A stretch of DNA of 58,930 nucleotides, the filler included. It is 5 parts of 5 records of this genome, joined end to end, with 100 filler letters (N's around TTAATTAATTAA, not from the genome) between each part and the next. Parts side by side here need not be neighbours in the genome. Positions count along the whole stretch, not along the records: positions 38,584 to 53,055 come from SRR22947725_804; positions 53,156 to 58,930 come from SRR22947725_807; 3 more parts are not named here. The stretch is one strand, 5' to 3'. Below are positions 49,594 to 58,930 of the stretch, piece after piece. The notes below the pieces were generated by a model. It ran no database searches. It was not told where the DNA came from and was given only the letters and a program-made list of their open reading frames with translations. Position 1 is the stretch's first letter; every line of letters starts with the position of its first letter. Both the position numbers and the translations under genes were made by a program.

Positions 49594-50199
49594 GTGAAGC
49601 AAGAATTAAAATCAAAAGAAACTCAGGATTTAATCATTAATACCTCTTTTGAATTATTTTACGAAAAAGGGTATAATGCTACAAGCATTCCTGATATTAT
49701 GAAAGAAACTTCTTTATCAAAAGGAGCCTTTTACCATCATTTCAAAAATAAACATGAAATTGGTAAAAAAGTGATTGAAGTAATTATTCGAAAAAGAATT
49801 AAAGATGGATTTATTACACCATTAAAAAATACAGATGGTAATATTCCAGAACTCCTATTAGATGTTTTTACTGACAGAATTAAAAATTATACCAACAGAG
49901 AAAAAGCATTAGGTTGTCCAGCTAATAATTTAGTTGGAGAAATAGGTTATACTGAACAAGATTTTAGAGTTATTTTAAAATCCCTCTTCGAAGAATGGAG
50001 AACAGAATTATCAAATGCTATTGAAACAGGTAAAAAAAGGGGAGAAATAAAAAAAGAAGTTAATAGTTCTGGTGCTGCAATTTCTTTGATATGTGCTTTT
50101 GAAGGAGTTAGAAGCATCAGAAAAGTATATGATGATGATTCAATATTTAATGAATTTATGGAATCTATGGGTATTTTTATTAAATCCCTTTCATTATAA
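49594..50199 (+). CDS. TetR/AcrR family regulator
   Basis: KGYNATS..LSKGAFYHHFKNK HTH; GCP motif in the C-terminal domain. Confidence 0.92.
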   Translation: MKQELKSKETQDLIINTSFELFYEKGYNATSIPDIMKETSLSKGAFYHHFKNKHEIGKKVIEVIIRKRIKDGFITPLKNTDGNIPELLLDVFTDRIKNYTNREKALGCPANNLVGEIGYTEQDFRVILKSLFEEWRTELSNAIETGKKRGEIKKEVNSSGAAISLICAFEGVRSIRKVYDDDSIFNEFMESMGIFIKSLSL

Positions 50200-50201
50200 A
50201 T

Positions 50202-51602
50202 CTACCAACTGTCCGTTCTAAATGATGATGCTGGTAACCCTTTAGTATTATACAAGTTTCCTTTTAGATAATTTTTCCAACCATATCTAACATGTACAGG
50301 GTTTTTTACCTTATCACTTTTTACCTCCAACTGATTCCACATTATTTTAGCATTAGCTGGATAAAAAACTCCATCATTAGAAGCTAATTCAAAGTTGTTT
50401 ATAACATTATCAGGACAATACAAACCATTTGTAGCATAATCGAACTTTAATAATAATTTATTTTTTTTAATTTCTAAAGATTTAAATACTGGGCCTGAAA
50501 ACTGTATGTTAGACAAATCATAGTCTTTATTTAATGCCCAATAAGCAAGCCTTTTACCTAAAATAAATTTTCTTGGTGGGTGAATAGAATTTTCGTCTCC
50601 TACATCTAGTGAAACAGCCATTCCTGTATTAGATGTATTAAACATGGTCTTAAGTTGAGCTTCTCTTAAAAAAGCAGAACTTGATTTATCAATTCCATCG
50701 TATTTATAAGGGGAAATCTGAACAAAATAAAATGGAAATGACCCTTGATTCCATTCTCTTCTCCAACCCTCTATCATTGAGTTTTTTAATTTAGCATAAT
50801 TACTTGCTCTTGAAACATTACTTTCTCCTTGATACCAAATAGCTCCCTTTATTCTAAAATTAATAAGTGGATTAATCATAGCGTTATATAATGACGACGG
50901 TTCATCAACAGCTCTTCCTCTATTATTTTTTATTTCACTTTTTATAAAATCATTATTTAAAGATTCAGAATCTGTCCAAGCTTCTGCCGGAGTCCCTCCC
51001 CATGAAGAATGAATAATAGCAACCGGCACATCAAGAACAGTATTTAAATATTTTGCAAATGAATAACCCACAGCACTAAAAGAAGGTGAATTTTCTTGAT
51101 TTGAAATAGACCATTTACCTTCTAAATCTTCAAGTGGAATTTCACTTGTATTTCTTTCAACAGTAAAAAATCTTATTTTAGAATTATTAGATTTAGCTAT
51201 AGCATCATTAGCACCAAATACAGGCTCATTACTGTATCCATCAAGATTCATTTGCATATTAGACTGTCCTGAAGCCACCCAAACCTCCCCCATCAAAATG
51301 TTTGATATTACAACTCTTTTACTATTAGACTGAAATGACACTTGATGGCTTTTGCCTGACTTAGGAGTTTTAACTTTTAACAGCCATTTTCCTTTACTAT
51401 CACTCTTAACTTTAAAAGTTTTCTTATTCCAACTCACATTTATTAATACTTGTGAGTTTGATTTTGACCATCCCCAAAAAGAAACATCAGAATCTTGTTG
51501 TAAAATCATATTATCACTAATAATTGATGGTAATTTTAAATCCTGAGAAGTAATAAAATTGATTGCAAAAAGAGAAATTATTAATAATATATTATTTTTC
51601 AT
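50202..51602 (-). CDS. Sialate O-acetylesterase family (SGNH) protein
   Basis: GEVWVASGQSNM, WGGTPAEAW, WYQGESN, IHP. Confidence 0.9.
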   Translation of the reverse strand: MKNNILLIISLFAINFITSQDLKLPSIISDNMILQQDSDVSFWGWSKSNSQVLINVSWNKKTFKVKSDSKGKWLLKVKTPKSGKSHQVSFQSNSKRVVISNILMGEVWVASGQSNMQMNLDGYSNEPVFGANDAIAKSNNSKIRFFTVERNTSEIPLEDLEGKWSISNQENSPSFSAVGYSFAKYLNTVLDVPVAIIHSSWGGTPAEAWTDSESLNNDFIKSEIKNNRGRAVDEPSSLYNAMINPLINFRIKGAIWYQGESNVSRASNYAKLKNSMIEGWRREWNQGSFPFYFVQISPYKYDGIDKSSSAFLREAQLKTMFNTSNTGMAVSLDVGDENSIHPPRKFILGKRLAYWALNKDYDLSNIQFSGPVFKSLEIKKNKLLLKFDYATNGLYCPDNVINNFELASNDGVFYPANAKIMWNQLEVKSDKVKNPVHVRYGWKNYLKGNLYNTKGLPASSFRTDSW

Positions 51603-53055
51603 TTGGTAAATATTTTTGGTCTAATTCTTTAGAATCCTTATACTTTTTTCTTAGTTCGTACAACTCATTTGTTAATTTTTTAACTGTTTGTTTGTACAAA
51701 GGATCATTGTAAACATTTTTCATTTCATTGGGATCGTTTTTTCTATCGTAAAGCTCCCATTCGTCAACATCATAATAAAAATGAACTAACTTAAAGTCTT
51801 TATTTACAATTCCATAATGTCTTTTTACCATGTGAACAGAGGGATATTCATAATAATGATAATAAACCGATTCTCTATTCCACTCTTTATCATTTCCTTT
51901 TAGAAGCGGGATTAAACTCTCTCCTTGCATATCATTTGGAGCTTCTATCATGGCTGCTTCGAGGAAGGTTTGAGCAAAATCTAAATTTTGAACCATTTCA
52001 TCGCTGGTTGTTCCTGGTTTAATTTCATTAGGCCATTTAATTAGTAATGGAGTTTTAAACGACTCGTCGTAAATAAATCTCTTATCAAACCAACCGTGCT
52101 CACCAAGGTAAAACCCTTGATCTGATGTGTAAACAACAATAGTATTATTAGATAAATTATTATCGTCTAAATAATCTAATACTCTTCCAACATTATCATC
52201 GACAGACGATATGGTGGCTAAATAATCTTGCATGTATCTTTGAAATTTCCACTTCATTTTTTCACGATCAGACATTGAAGGCCAATTTTCTTTGAAATCT
52301 TTATTTATTTTATCTAACGTTACATTGTATCTACGTTTTTGATCATCGTTTGCCCTATTGAACGGCCCCATAAAACCGTTAGGACCAGGCCTTACTACGG
52401 ATTCTCCTCTTTTGTAAACAATTTCTGGTAAAACCTTACCCATGCTTTCCAAAGTTTCAGGTCTAATTTTACTATCGTGCATATATTGCATATGAGTTAA
52501 TATATTCATTTCAGCTGTTTTTGCAGCAGTTCCCCTACCCTTATAATTATCAAAAAGTGTTTCAGGTTCAGGGAAAGACTTTTCATAAAACTCTGCAAAT
52601 TTTTCTGGACTTGGCCACCAGGGTCTATGAGGAGCTTTATGTAAATACATCATCATAAAAGGCTTAGTTTTATCTCTTTTTTTATCAAGCCAATTTAAAG
52701 TAACATCAGTAATTATATCAGTAACATAACCTTCAATGATTGTATCTTTGTTTTTACTAATAAATTTTGGATTTATATAACTGCCTTGACCAGGAAGAAT
52801 TAAAAAATCATCAACACCTTTGGGATTATTTCCAAAGTGTAATTTACCAAACATTGCAGTTTGATACCCAGCCTTTTGAAAAAGTTGAGGAAAAGTAACT
52901 TGAGTTGTATCAAATGGTTTTCCGTTATCAATTTTACCATTTAAATGACTGTGTTTTCCAGTTAAAATCACAGCTCTAGAGGGAGCACAAATTGAGTTAG
53001 TAACCGATGCATTACTAAACAAAATACCTTCGTTTGCAATTCTATCGATATTTGG
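51592..53055 (-). CDS. Formylglycine-dependent sulfatase, 5'-truncated
   Basis: PNIDRIANEG, CAPSRAVILTG (CxPxR), GKLH, SDQG..GEHGWFDKR. Confidence 0.92.
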   Translation of the reverse strand, partial: PNIDRIANEGILFSNASVTNSICAPSRAVILTGKHSHLNGKIDNGKPFDTTQVTFPQLFQKAGYQTAMFGKLHFGNNPKGVDDFLILPGQGSYINPKFISKNKDTIIEGYVTDIITDVTLNWLDKKRDKTKPFMMMYLHKAPHRPWWPSPEKFAEFYEKSFPEPETLFDNYKGRGTAAKTAEMNILTHMQYMHDSKIRPETLESMGKVLPEIVYKRGESVVRPGPNGFMGPFNRANDDQKRRYNVTLDKINKDFKENWPSMSDREKMKWKFQRYMQDYLATISSVDDNVGRVLDYLDDNNLSNNTIVVYTSDQGFYLGEHGWFDKRFIYDESFKTPLLIKWPNEIKPGTTSDEMVQNLDFAQTFLEAAMIEAPNDMQGESLIPLLKGNDKEWNRESVYYHYYEYPSVHMVKRHYGIVNKDFKLVHFYYDVDEWELYDRKNDPNEMKNVYNDPLYKQTVKKLTNELYELRKKYKDSKELDQKYLPNEK

Positions 53056-53155
53056 NNNNNNNNNNNNNNNNNNNNNNNNNNNNNNNNNNNNNNNNNNNNT
53101 TAATTAATTAANNNNNNNNNNNNNNNNNNNNNNNNNNNNNNNNNNNNNNNNNNNN
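53056..53155. other. Artificial contig linker
   Basis: N44-TTAATTAATTAA-N44. Confidence 0.97.
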
Positions 53156-55015
53156 ATTTTTTTAACAGGCCCAAGATTATTTATTGTAATTGCAGCATGT
53201 GCTTTACCATTCGTTTTTTTAGGAACCTCCTCTCTTGGCTCGACCTTTCAAACCTCACTAGGTTCTGTAAATGGCGAGGATGTATCTGAAGCTGATTGGC
53301 AGATTGCTGCAAATATTGCAGAAGACAGGCTTAAAAGAGTATATGGAGATGACTTTGATTTATCTCAACTAGACCAAGAAATACAATTTGATCAAATCAA
53401 ACAAGAATTAATATCTCAAAAAGTTTTATTATCCCAAGCTAGATCACTTGGTTTCATAAATGATGATATAAAAAGACAAGCAAAAATTGCAATTATTAAA
53501 AACCCTACCTTCCATTTAGACGGCTTATTTGATGAAGATATTTATGAGGCACAAATCAATGCTTCTGGACATACCAAAGAATCATATATTAATTTAATGT
53601 CCGATATTATGGCCTCTGAAATTTTTAGAAGTTCACTGGCCTCTTCTGGATTTGTAACTCAATCCGAAGTTCAAGAGCTTGCTGAAATACTAGAAAAGAC
53701 AGCTGACATTAATTTTATAAAAGTTGATTTTGATTTATTAAAACAGCAGATTGAAAATTCTGAAGAAGAAATTATAGATTTTTATAAGGACAATGAAATT
53801 CTATTTTTTTCTGAAGAAAAAAGGTCAATAAAATATTTTGTTTTAAAATCAGATGACTACAACAAGCTTGTAGAGGTACCGGATAACTTTATTGCAAATT
53901 CTTACAAAGAATATCTTCAACAAGCTGATAATAGAAATGAAATTAGATTTTCACATATCATGGTTGATAAGAATAATTACCCATCAACCGAAGAAGCCTT
54001 TAATGTAATAAATGAAGCAATGATTAAACTTAATAGCGGTGAAACTTTTACCAATATTGTTAAAGAATTTAGTGAAGATATTGTCTCAAGAGATAATGGC
54101 GGTGATTTAGAGTATTTTGATGCTGAGATTTTCCCTGAAGACTTTGCAGTCGCCTTAGAAAATATGAACGTAAATGATATTAGTGAGATTGTGGAGCTTG
54201 ATGAGACATTTCATATACTAAAAATTACAGAACTCAATAAATTCGAAGCCATGCCTATGGAGCAGATGAAGGAATCAATTCTTCAAGAGCTAATCAATGC
54301 AGAATCTATGGCACTTATGAATGATGAGTATGAAATTATTGATGAAATGATTTTTTCTGGAAGTGATATAGATACAATTAGTGCCTCTCTTTCAAAGAAT
54401 TTACTTGATAAAAAAGATCTTTCTCAAAATAATTTTGATTTTGAATTTAACGACCCAAACATTAGAAACTTTATTTTTTCTCCTGAGTCTTCGCTAAATA
54501 TACCTAATATTTTTAATTCTGGGGATTCAATTGTTGTTATGCAGATAGTGGACATTATTGAGCCATCCCTTCAAGAATTAAATATAGTTATGAATAAAGT
54601 TAATGAAAATTTATCTGAACAAAAAACAAATGAAAAAATGAATCTTTTAATATCTGAATTGACATCAGCTAAAGAAGAAAACTCTCTTTCTAGTTTCTTA
54701 AATGCTTATGACTTTATTTCACAAGAATCTTTTATAGATATTACAAGATATTCATCATTGCTTCCTAAGGAAGTTGTATCAGAAATTTTCAATATTTTGC
54801 CTGGTAACTCGGTAACCCTTGATGCATTCAATGGAGATAAATATTTCATTGATGTATTAAATTTCAGTGAACCCAATCTAGATTCTATTAAGGAATTATA
54901 TGATCAATATAAAGTCTTCTCAGAAAACAGAGTATCAAAAAATCTAACAGACATAATAAGTAAAGAATTGTATGACACAGCCAAAGTTAACTTAACAAGT
55001 AATATTATTTTATAA
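53156..55015 (+). CDS. ppiD: PpiD-like periplasmic chaperone / parvulin PPIase, 5'-truncated
   Basis: Frame open from the contig edge with an N-terminal TM (LFIVIAACALPFVFLG); rotamase motif SHIMV..FSED..GGDL..FHILK. Confidence 0.82.
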   Translation: MFLTGPRLFIVIAACALPFVFLGTSSLGSTFQTSLGSVNGEDVSEADWQIAANIAEDRLKRVYGDDFDLSQLDQEIQFDQIKQELISQKVLLSQARSLGFINDDIKRQAKIAIIKNPTFHLDGLFDEDIYEAQINASGHTKESYINLMSDIMASEIFRSSLASSGFVTQSEVQELAEILEKTADINFIKVDFDLLKQQIENSEEEIIDFYKDNEILFFSEEKRSIKYFVLKSDDYNKLVEVPDNFIANSYKEYLQQADNRNEIRFSHIMVDKNNYPSTEEAFNVINEAMIKLNSGETFTNIVKEFSEDIVSRDNGGDLEYFDAEIFPEDFAVALENMNVNDISEIVELDETFHILKITELNKFEAMPMEQMKESILQELINAESMALMNDEYEIIDEMIFSGSDIDTISASLSKNLLDKKDLSQNNFDFEFNDPNIRNFIFSPESSLNIPNIFNSGDSIVVMQIVDIIEPSLQELNIVMNKVNENLSEQKTNEKMNLLISELTSAKEENSLSSFLNAYDFISQESFIDITRYSSLLPKEVVSEIFNILPGNSVTLDAFNGDKYFIDVLNFSEPNLDSIKELYDQYKVFSENRVSKNLTDIISKELYDTAKVNLTSNIIL

Positions 55016-55016
55016 A

Positions 55017-56618
55017 ATGAAATATTTACCTCTTCTAACATTATTATTTTTAATTAGTTGCTCTTCAAATATTACACCTGTAGATGATGGTCTAGAAAAG
55101 CAAATTTTTCACTTTGGCAATGGCTCTGAGCCCCAAGGAATTGATCCACATATTGTTACAGGGGTTCCAGAACATCACATACTTATCTCCTTATGTGAAG
55201 GCTTAACAATACCCAATCCTTTTGGCGATGGTAATTTACCTGGTGCTGCGGAATCATGGCAGATCAGTGAAGATGGTATGGAGTATATTTTTAATTTAAG
55301 AAAGAATGCTAAATGGTCTAACGGGGATGATGTTACTGCCGAGGACTTTGTATGGTCATGGCAAAGAATTCTAACAGCAAGTTTAGGGTCCCAATACCCA
55401 GACATGCTTTATTACCTAGTAGGAGCCGCAGAGTATCATACTGGAGAAATTAATGATTTTAGTGAAGTTGGTGTAAAAGCATTAAATAAATATACCCTTA
55501 AAGTAAGTTTAAAAGCTCCAACTCCATTTTTTATTGGGATGCTAAGTCACTACAGCACATGGCCAGTTCATAAAGATACTGTTTTAGAACACGGTTCAAT
55601 AGACGATAGAAATGGTCAATGGACTAGACCGGGAAATTTTGTTTGTAATGGAGCATTCAATTTAAAATCTTGGGAATTAAATAATAAGATTATTGTAGAA
55701 AAAAATCCAAATTATTGGGATGCTTCTAACGTAAAATTAAATCAAATTCATTACTATCCTGTTTCAAATGTTATGACAGAAGATAGAATGTTTAGGGCTG
55801 GTCAGCTTCATGTCACAAGCACATTACCTTCTCAAAAGTGTCCAATCTATATAGAAGAAAATAATCCAGACTTAAGAATAGATCCGTATATGGGCACATA
55901 TTTCTATAGACTGAATACTAATAATTCTGTTTTAAAGGATGTTAGAGTTAGGAAAGCACTTGCTTACTCAATAGATAGAAAACTTTTGGTTGATAAGGTT
56001 ACAAAATGCGGTCAAATCCCAGCATATTCATTTACTCCACCTGGCTCTAATGGATATCAGCCTGAAACCTCCATAGCATTTGATCCAGAACTTGCTAAAC
56101 AATTACTTAATGAAGCTGGTTATTCTGATAACAACGCATTCCCTAAACTAGAAATCTTATTTAATACAAATGAAGATCATAGAAAAGTTGCTTTGGCAAT
56201 TCAGCAGATGTGGCAACAAAACTTAGGTATTAGTGTTGAATTAGTTAATCAAGATTGGAAAGTATATTTAAGTAGGGAAATGGTAGGAGATTTTCAAGTT
56301 TCTAGAGCTGGATGGATTGGTGATTATGAAGACCCAAATACATTTTTAGATCTAATGAGACCAAACAGAGGCAATAATAAAACAGGTTGGGAAAATGCAG
56401 CATATGACTCATTAGTTGCAAAAGCTAACTCAACCAATGATCAAACTGAAAGGTATAAGTTACTAAATGAAGCAGAAAAGATCCTTATAGAGAACATGCC
56501 AATAATTCCTCTGTATACTTATGTAAGAAATTATCAATTATCATCGGATGTTAAAGGGTATAACCCTCATATCTTAGACCATCATCACCCAAAATTTATT
56601 TATTTAGAAAGAGAATAA
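55017..56618 (+). CDS. oppA: Oligopeptide ABC transporter substrate-binding lipoprotein
   Basis: LISC lipobox; EPQGIDPH, AKWSNGD.VTAEDFVWSW, RAGWIGDY. Confidence 0.9.
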   Translation: MKYLPLLTLLFLISCSSNITPVDDGLEKQIFHFGNGSEPQGIDPHIVTGVPEHHILISLCEGLTIPNPFGDGNLPGAAESWQISEDGMEYIFNLRKNAKWSNGDDVTAEDFVWSWQRILTASLGSQYPDMLYYLVGAAEYHTGEINDFSEVGVKALNKYTLKVSLKAPTPFFIGMLSHYSTWPVHKDTVLEHGSIDDRNGQWTRPGNFVCNGAFNLKSWELNNKIIVEKNPNYWDASNVKLNQIHYYPVSNVMTEDRMFRAGQLHVTSTLPSQKCPIYIEENNPDLRIDPYMGTYFYRLNTNNSVLKDVRVRKALAYSIDRKLLVDKVTKCGQIPAYSFTPPGSNGYQPETSIAFDPELAKQLLNEAGYSDNNAFPKLEILFNTNEDHRKVALAIQQMWQQNLGISVELVNQDWKVYLSREMVGDFQVSRAGWIGDYEDPNTFLDLMRPNRGNNKTGWENAAYDSLVAKANSTNDQTERYKLLNEAEKILIENMPIIPLYTYVRNYQLSSDVKGYNPHILDHHHPKFIYLERE

Positions 56619-56624
56619 GACTCT

Positions 56625-57548
56625 GTGATAAGTATATTTTTTAAAAGATTATTACTAGCTATACCAGTTTTACTAGCAGTTGCCAGCCTAACATTTTTTT
56701 TAGTCAAACTAGCTCCAGGCGGTCCTTTTGATGCAGACAAGGCGGTTTCACCTCAGGTCTTAAAAAATCTAAATGAGGCCTATAATCTTAATGCTTCTGA
56801 GTGGGAGCAGTATGTTGATTATATGACAGGTATTTTAAAGGGTGACTTTGGACCATCTTTTAGATTTCCAGGAAGATCGGTTTCTGAAATGATTGCAACG
56901 GGACTGCCAGTTACATTTGAGTTAGCTTTTTATGCAATTTTAATTGCTTTATTAATTGGAGTTTCATCAGGAGTTCTAGCTGCCCTTAAGAGAAACACTT
57001 ATCTAGATTTTATTCCAATGGCCATAGCTATGATTGGTATTTGTGTTCCAACTTTTTTAATGGGACCACTACTGGTATTAATATTTGGAATTAATCTTGA
57101 AATTCTTCCTGTTTCAGGCTGGGGTCAACTACCAGGTGACAAAATTTTGCCATCAATTACATTGGGTTTTGCCTACGCAGCTTATATAGCAAGACTGAGT
57201 AGGGGAGGTATGTTAGAAGTTTTAAATCAAGATTTTATTAGAACAGCTAGAGCAAAGGGTTTAACTGAAAGTAACGTAGTAATTAAGCATGCAATGCAAG
57301 GCGGATTAATTCCTGTTGTATCTTTTTTAGGTCCTGCTATAGCAGGTCTTCTAGCAGGTTCTTTTGTTGTAGAAACAATTTTTCAAATACCTGGATTAGG
57401 AAGATTTTATGTTGAAGCAGCATTTAACAGAGACTACACAATGATATTGGGGACAACAATATTCTTTTCTGCAATGATTGTATTTTTCAACTTATTATCT
57501 GACCTAGCAGCTATGTGGTTAAATCCCAGATCAAGAGATAACTCATGA
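56625..57548 (+). CDS. oppB: Oligopeptide ABC transporter permease
   Basis: APGGPF, GDFGPS, IRTARAKGL, VETIF.IPGLG. Confidence 0.92.
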   Translation: MISIFFKRLLLAIPVLLAVASLTFFLVKLAPGGPFDADKAVSPQVLKNLNEAYNLNASEWEQYVDYMTGILKGDFGPSFRFPGRSVSEMIATGLPVTFELAFYAILIALLIGVSSGVLAALKRNTYLDFIPMAIAMIGICVPTFLMGPLLVLIFGINLEILPVSGWGQLPGDKILPSITLGFAYAAYIARLSRGGMLEVLNQDFIRTARAKGLTESNVVIKHAMQGGLIPVVSFLGPAIAGLLAGSFVVETIFQIPGLGRFYVEAAFNRDYTMILGTTIFFSAMIVFFNLLSDLAAMWLNPRSRDNS

Positions 57549-58399
57549 GCAAAAGTTCAACTCTATGGTCTGATGCAATATACAGACTAACTCGAAATAA
57601 AGCTGCGATGTTTGGAGCTTTTATTTTATTCATATTAATATTATGTGCAGCATTAGCTCCATGGATAGCTCCTTATTCATACTCATTCCAGAATTTAGAG
57701 CTAGGGGCATCTCCACCATCTGCTGCTCATATACTTGGTACAGATGTCTTGGGGAGAGATTTATTAAGTAGAATTCTATATGGAGCAAGAATTTCTTTAC
57801 TAGTTGGTTTTGTTGCTACAGGTGTTGCCTTAGTAATTGGCGTTTCATGGGGAATTATTGCTGGATATGCTGGGGGAAAAGTAGATTCGGTTATGATGAG
57901 GATTGTCGATGTGTTATATGGTCTGCCATTTATTATATTCATTATTCTATTAATGGTTATATTTGGTAGAAATTTATGGCTACTTTTTGGGGCTATTGGT
58001 GCAGTTGAGTGGCTAACAATGGCAAGAATTGTTAGAGGCCAGGTCATTGGCTTAAAAAATCAAGAGTTTGTAATGGCTGCTAAAGCAATGGGTGTGAGTA
58101 ATTTTTCTATGTTTAGAAAACACTTATTGCCTAATATACTGGGTCCAATAGCGGTTTATGCAACTTTAACAATTCCTCAAGTAATGCTTCTAGAGGGTTT
58201 TTTAAGTTTTTTAGGGCTAGGAATTCAACCTCCTATGAGCAGCTGGGGAACTCTCATAAAAGATGGTGTTGAATCAATGGAAGAATATAGTTGGCTTCTT
58301 ATTTATCCTGGCCTAACTTTTACGATAACTCTGTTTGCATTGAATTTTTTTGGTGATGGCTTAAGAGACGCTCTTGACCCAAAGACAACCGATAATTAA
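57545..58399 (+). CDS. oppC: Oligopeptide ABC transporter permease
   Basis: LGTDVLGRD, ARIVRGQ, HLLPN, GDGLRDALDP. Confidence 0.92.
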   Translation: MSKSSTLWSDAIYRLTRNKAAMFGAFILFILILCAALAPWIAPYSYSFQNLELGASPPSAAHILGTDVLGRDLLSRILYGARISLLVGFVATGVALVIGVSWGIIAGYAGGKVDSVMMRIVDVLYGLPFIIFIILLMVIFGRNLWLLFGAIGAVEWLTMARIVRGQVIGLKNQEFVMAAKAMGVSNFSMFRKHLLPNILGPIAVYATLTIPQVMLLEGFLSFLGLGIQPPMSSWGTLIKDGVESMEEYSWLLIYPGLTFTITLFALNFFGDGLRDALDPKTTDN

Positions 58400-58930
58400 A
58401 AAGCTCTTATTGCAATTTTTATGATTTGGCCTGGCATAAGGTCTGATGTTTCAAAATCGTTTATTTCTTTAATACTCTCAACAGTCACATCAAAAAGATC
58501 AGATATTTTATATAAATTATCACCTTGCTTGACTGAGTAAAGGATAGTTCTTTTTTTTGACTCAATATTACGATGAATGTTTTTATTGCCAATAGTTAGC
58601 TGCTGGCCAAGTTCCAGATATGAATCTTTTTTAAGAGAGTTCATTCTTATTAGGTCTTCTATAGCTATATTATATTTTTTTGAAAGGTCCCACAAAGTAT
58701 CTCCTTCAGAAACAATATGCATTTCGTAAGGTATAAAATTATTTGATTTTGATTTACTAAGAGGAATTAGTAGAGTGTCATTTATGGATAGTAAATTACT
58801 ATCAATGTAATTAATTTCCTTAATTATTCTTATTTCAGTGTCATATTTTTTGGCTAATTTCCATAAACTATCTCCAGAAACAACAACATGCGATATCCAA
58901 TTTATTTGATTAACATTTTCAAAAGGACTA
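58396..58930 (-). CDS. C-terminal three LysM domains, probably of the lytic transglycosylase MltD (5'-truncated)
   Basis: HVVVSGDSLWKLA, HIVSEGDTLWDLS, YSVKQGDNLYKIS. Confidence 0.8.
   Translation of the reverse strand, partial: SPFENVNQINWISHVVVSGDSLWKLAKKYDTEIRIIKEINYIDSNLLSINDTLLIPLSKSKSNNFIPYEMHIVSEGDTLWDLSKKYNIAIEDLIRMNSLKKDSYLELGQQLTIGNKNIHRNIESKKRTILYSVKQGDNLYKISDLFDVTVESIKEINDFETSDLMPGQIIKIAIRAF

Noticed and set aside
263-58047. Numerous 60-110 aa ORFs in the track overlapping larger genes (e.g. 263-460, 888-1169, 18080-18364, 25851-26183, 57727-58047)
   Set aside because: Antisense or alternate-frame shadows of well-supported genes, without motifs

Overview
This window is not one locus. 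It holds five unrelated low-GC marine bacterial contigs joined by identical artificial 100-bp linkers (N44-TTAATTAATTAA-N44). Contig A (1-14919) looks FCB/Marinimicrobia-like: an accessory gene run after a tRNA 3' end with LOG, HupE/UreJ, a PKD-esterase, a DEAD-box helicase, CIA30, DUF2256, carbamate kinase, NPP, an HMA protein, menG and acs. Contig B (15020-31981) is a streamlined alphaproteobacterial core region (dapA-smpB-folK-rpoZ-spoT-pdxJ-acpS-lepB-rnc-era-recO-parC) plus catabolic genes and an FeS-BCP photolyase. Contig C (32082-38483) is SAR11-like (tRNA-Thr, cspA, dcd, murA, hisD, infA, maf, tRNA-Phe). Contig D (38584-53055) is flavobacterial (crtY, proteorhodopsin, blh, AAA+/vWA pair, TetR, sialate esterase, sulfatase). 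Contig E (53156-58930) is gammaproteobacterial, possibly SAR86-like (ppiD, oppABC, LysM protein). Taxonomic calls are inferences from gene order and sequence style. The most interesting signal is a secreted, internally duplicated protein family with conserved H-x(2-3)-G and H-x-D motifs, which I cannot assign. It occurs twice in contig A with a shared terminator and once in contig D, divergent from a TetR with a candidate operator. Other signals are a repeated UUCG hairpin with a loop-inverted copy, four small ORFs missed by the ORF track, and a fenestrated-type proteorhodopsin.
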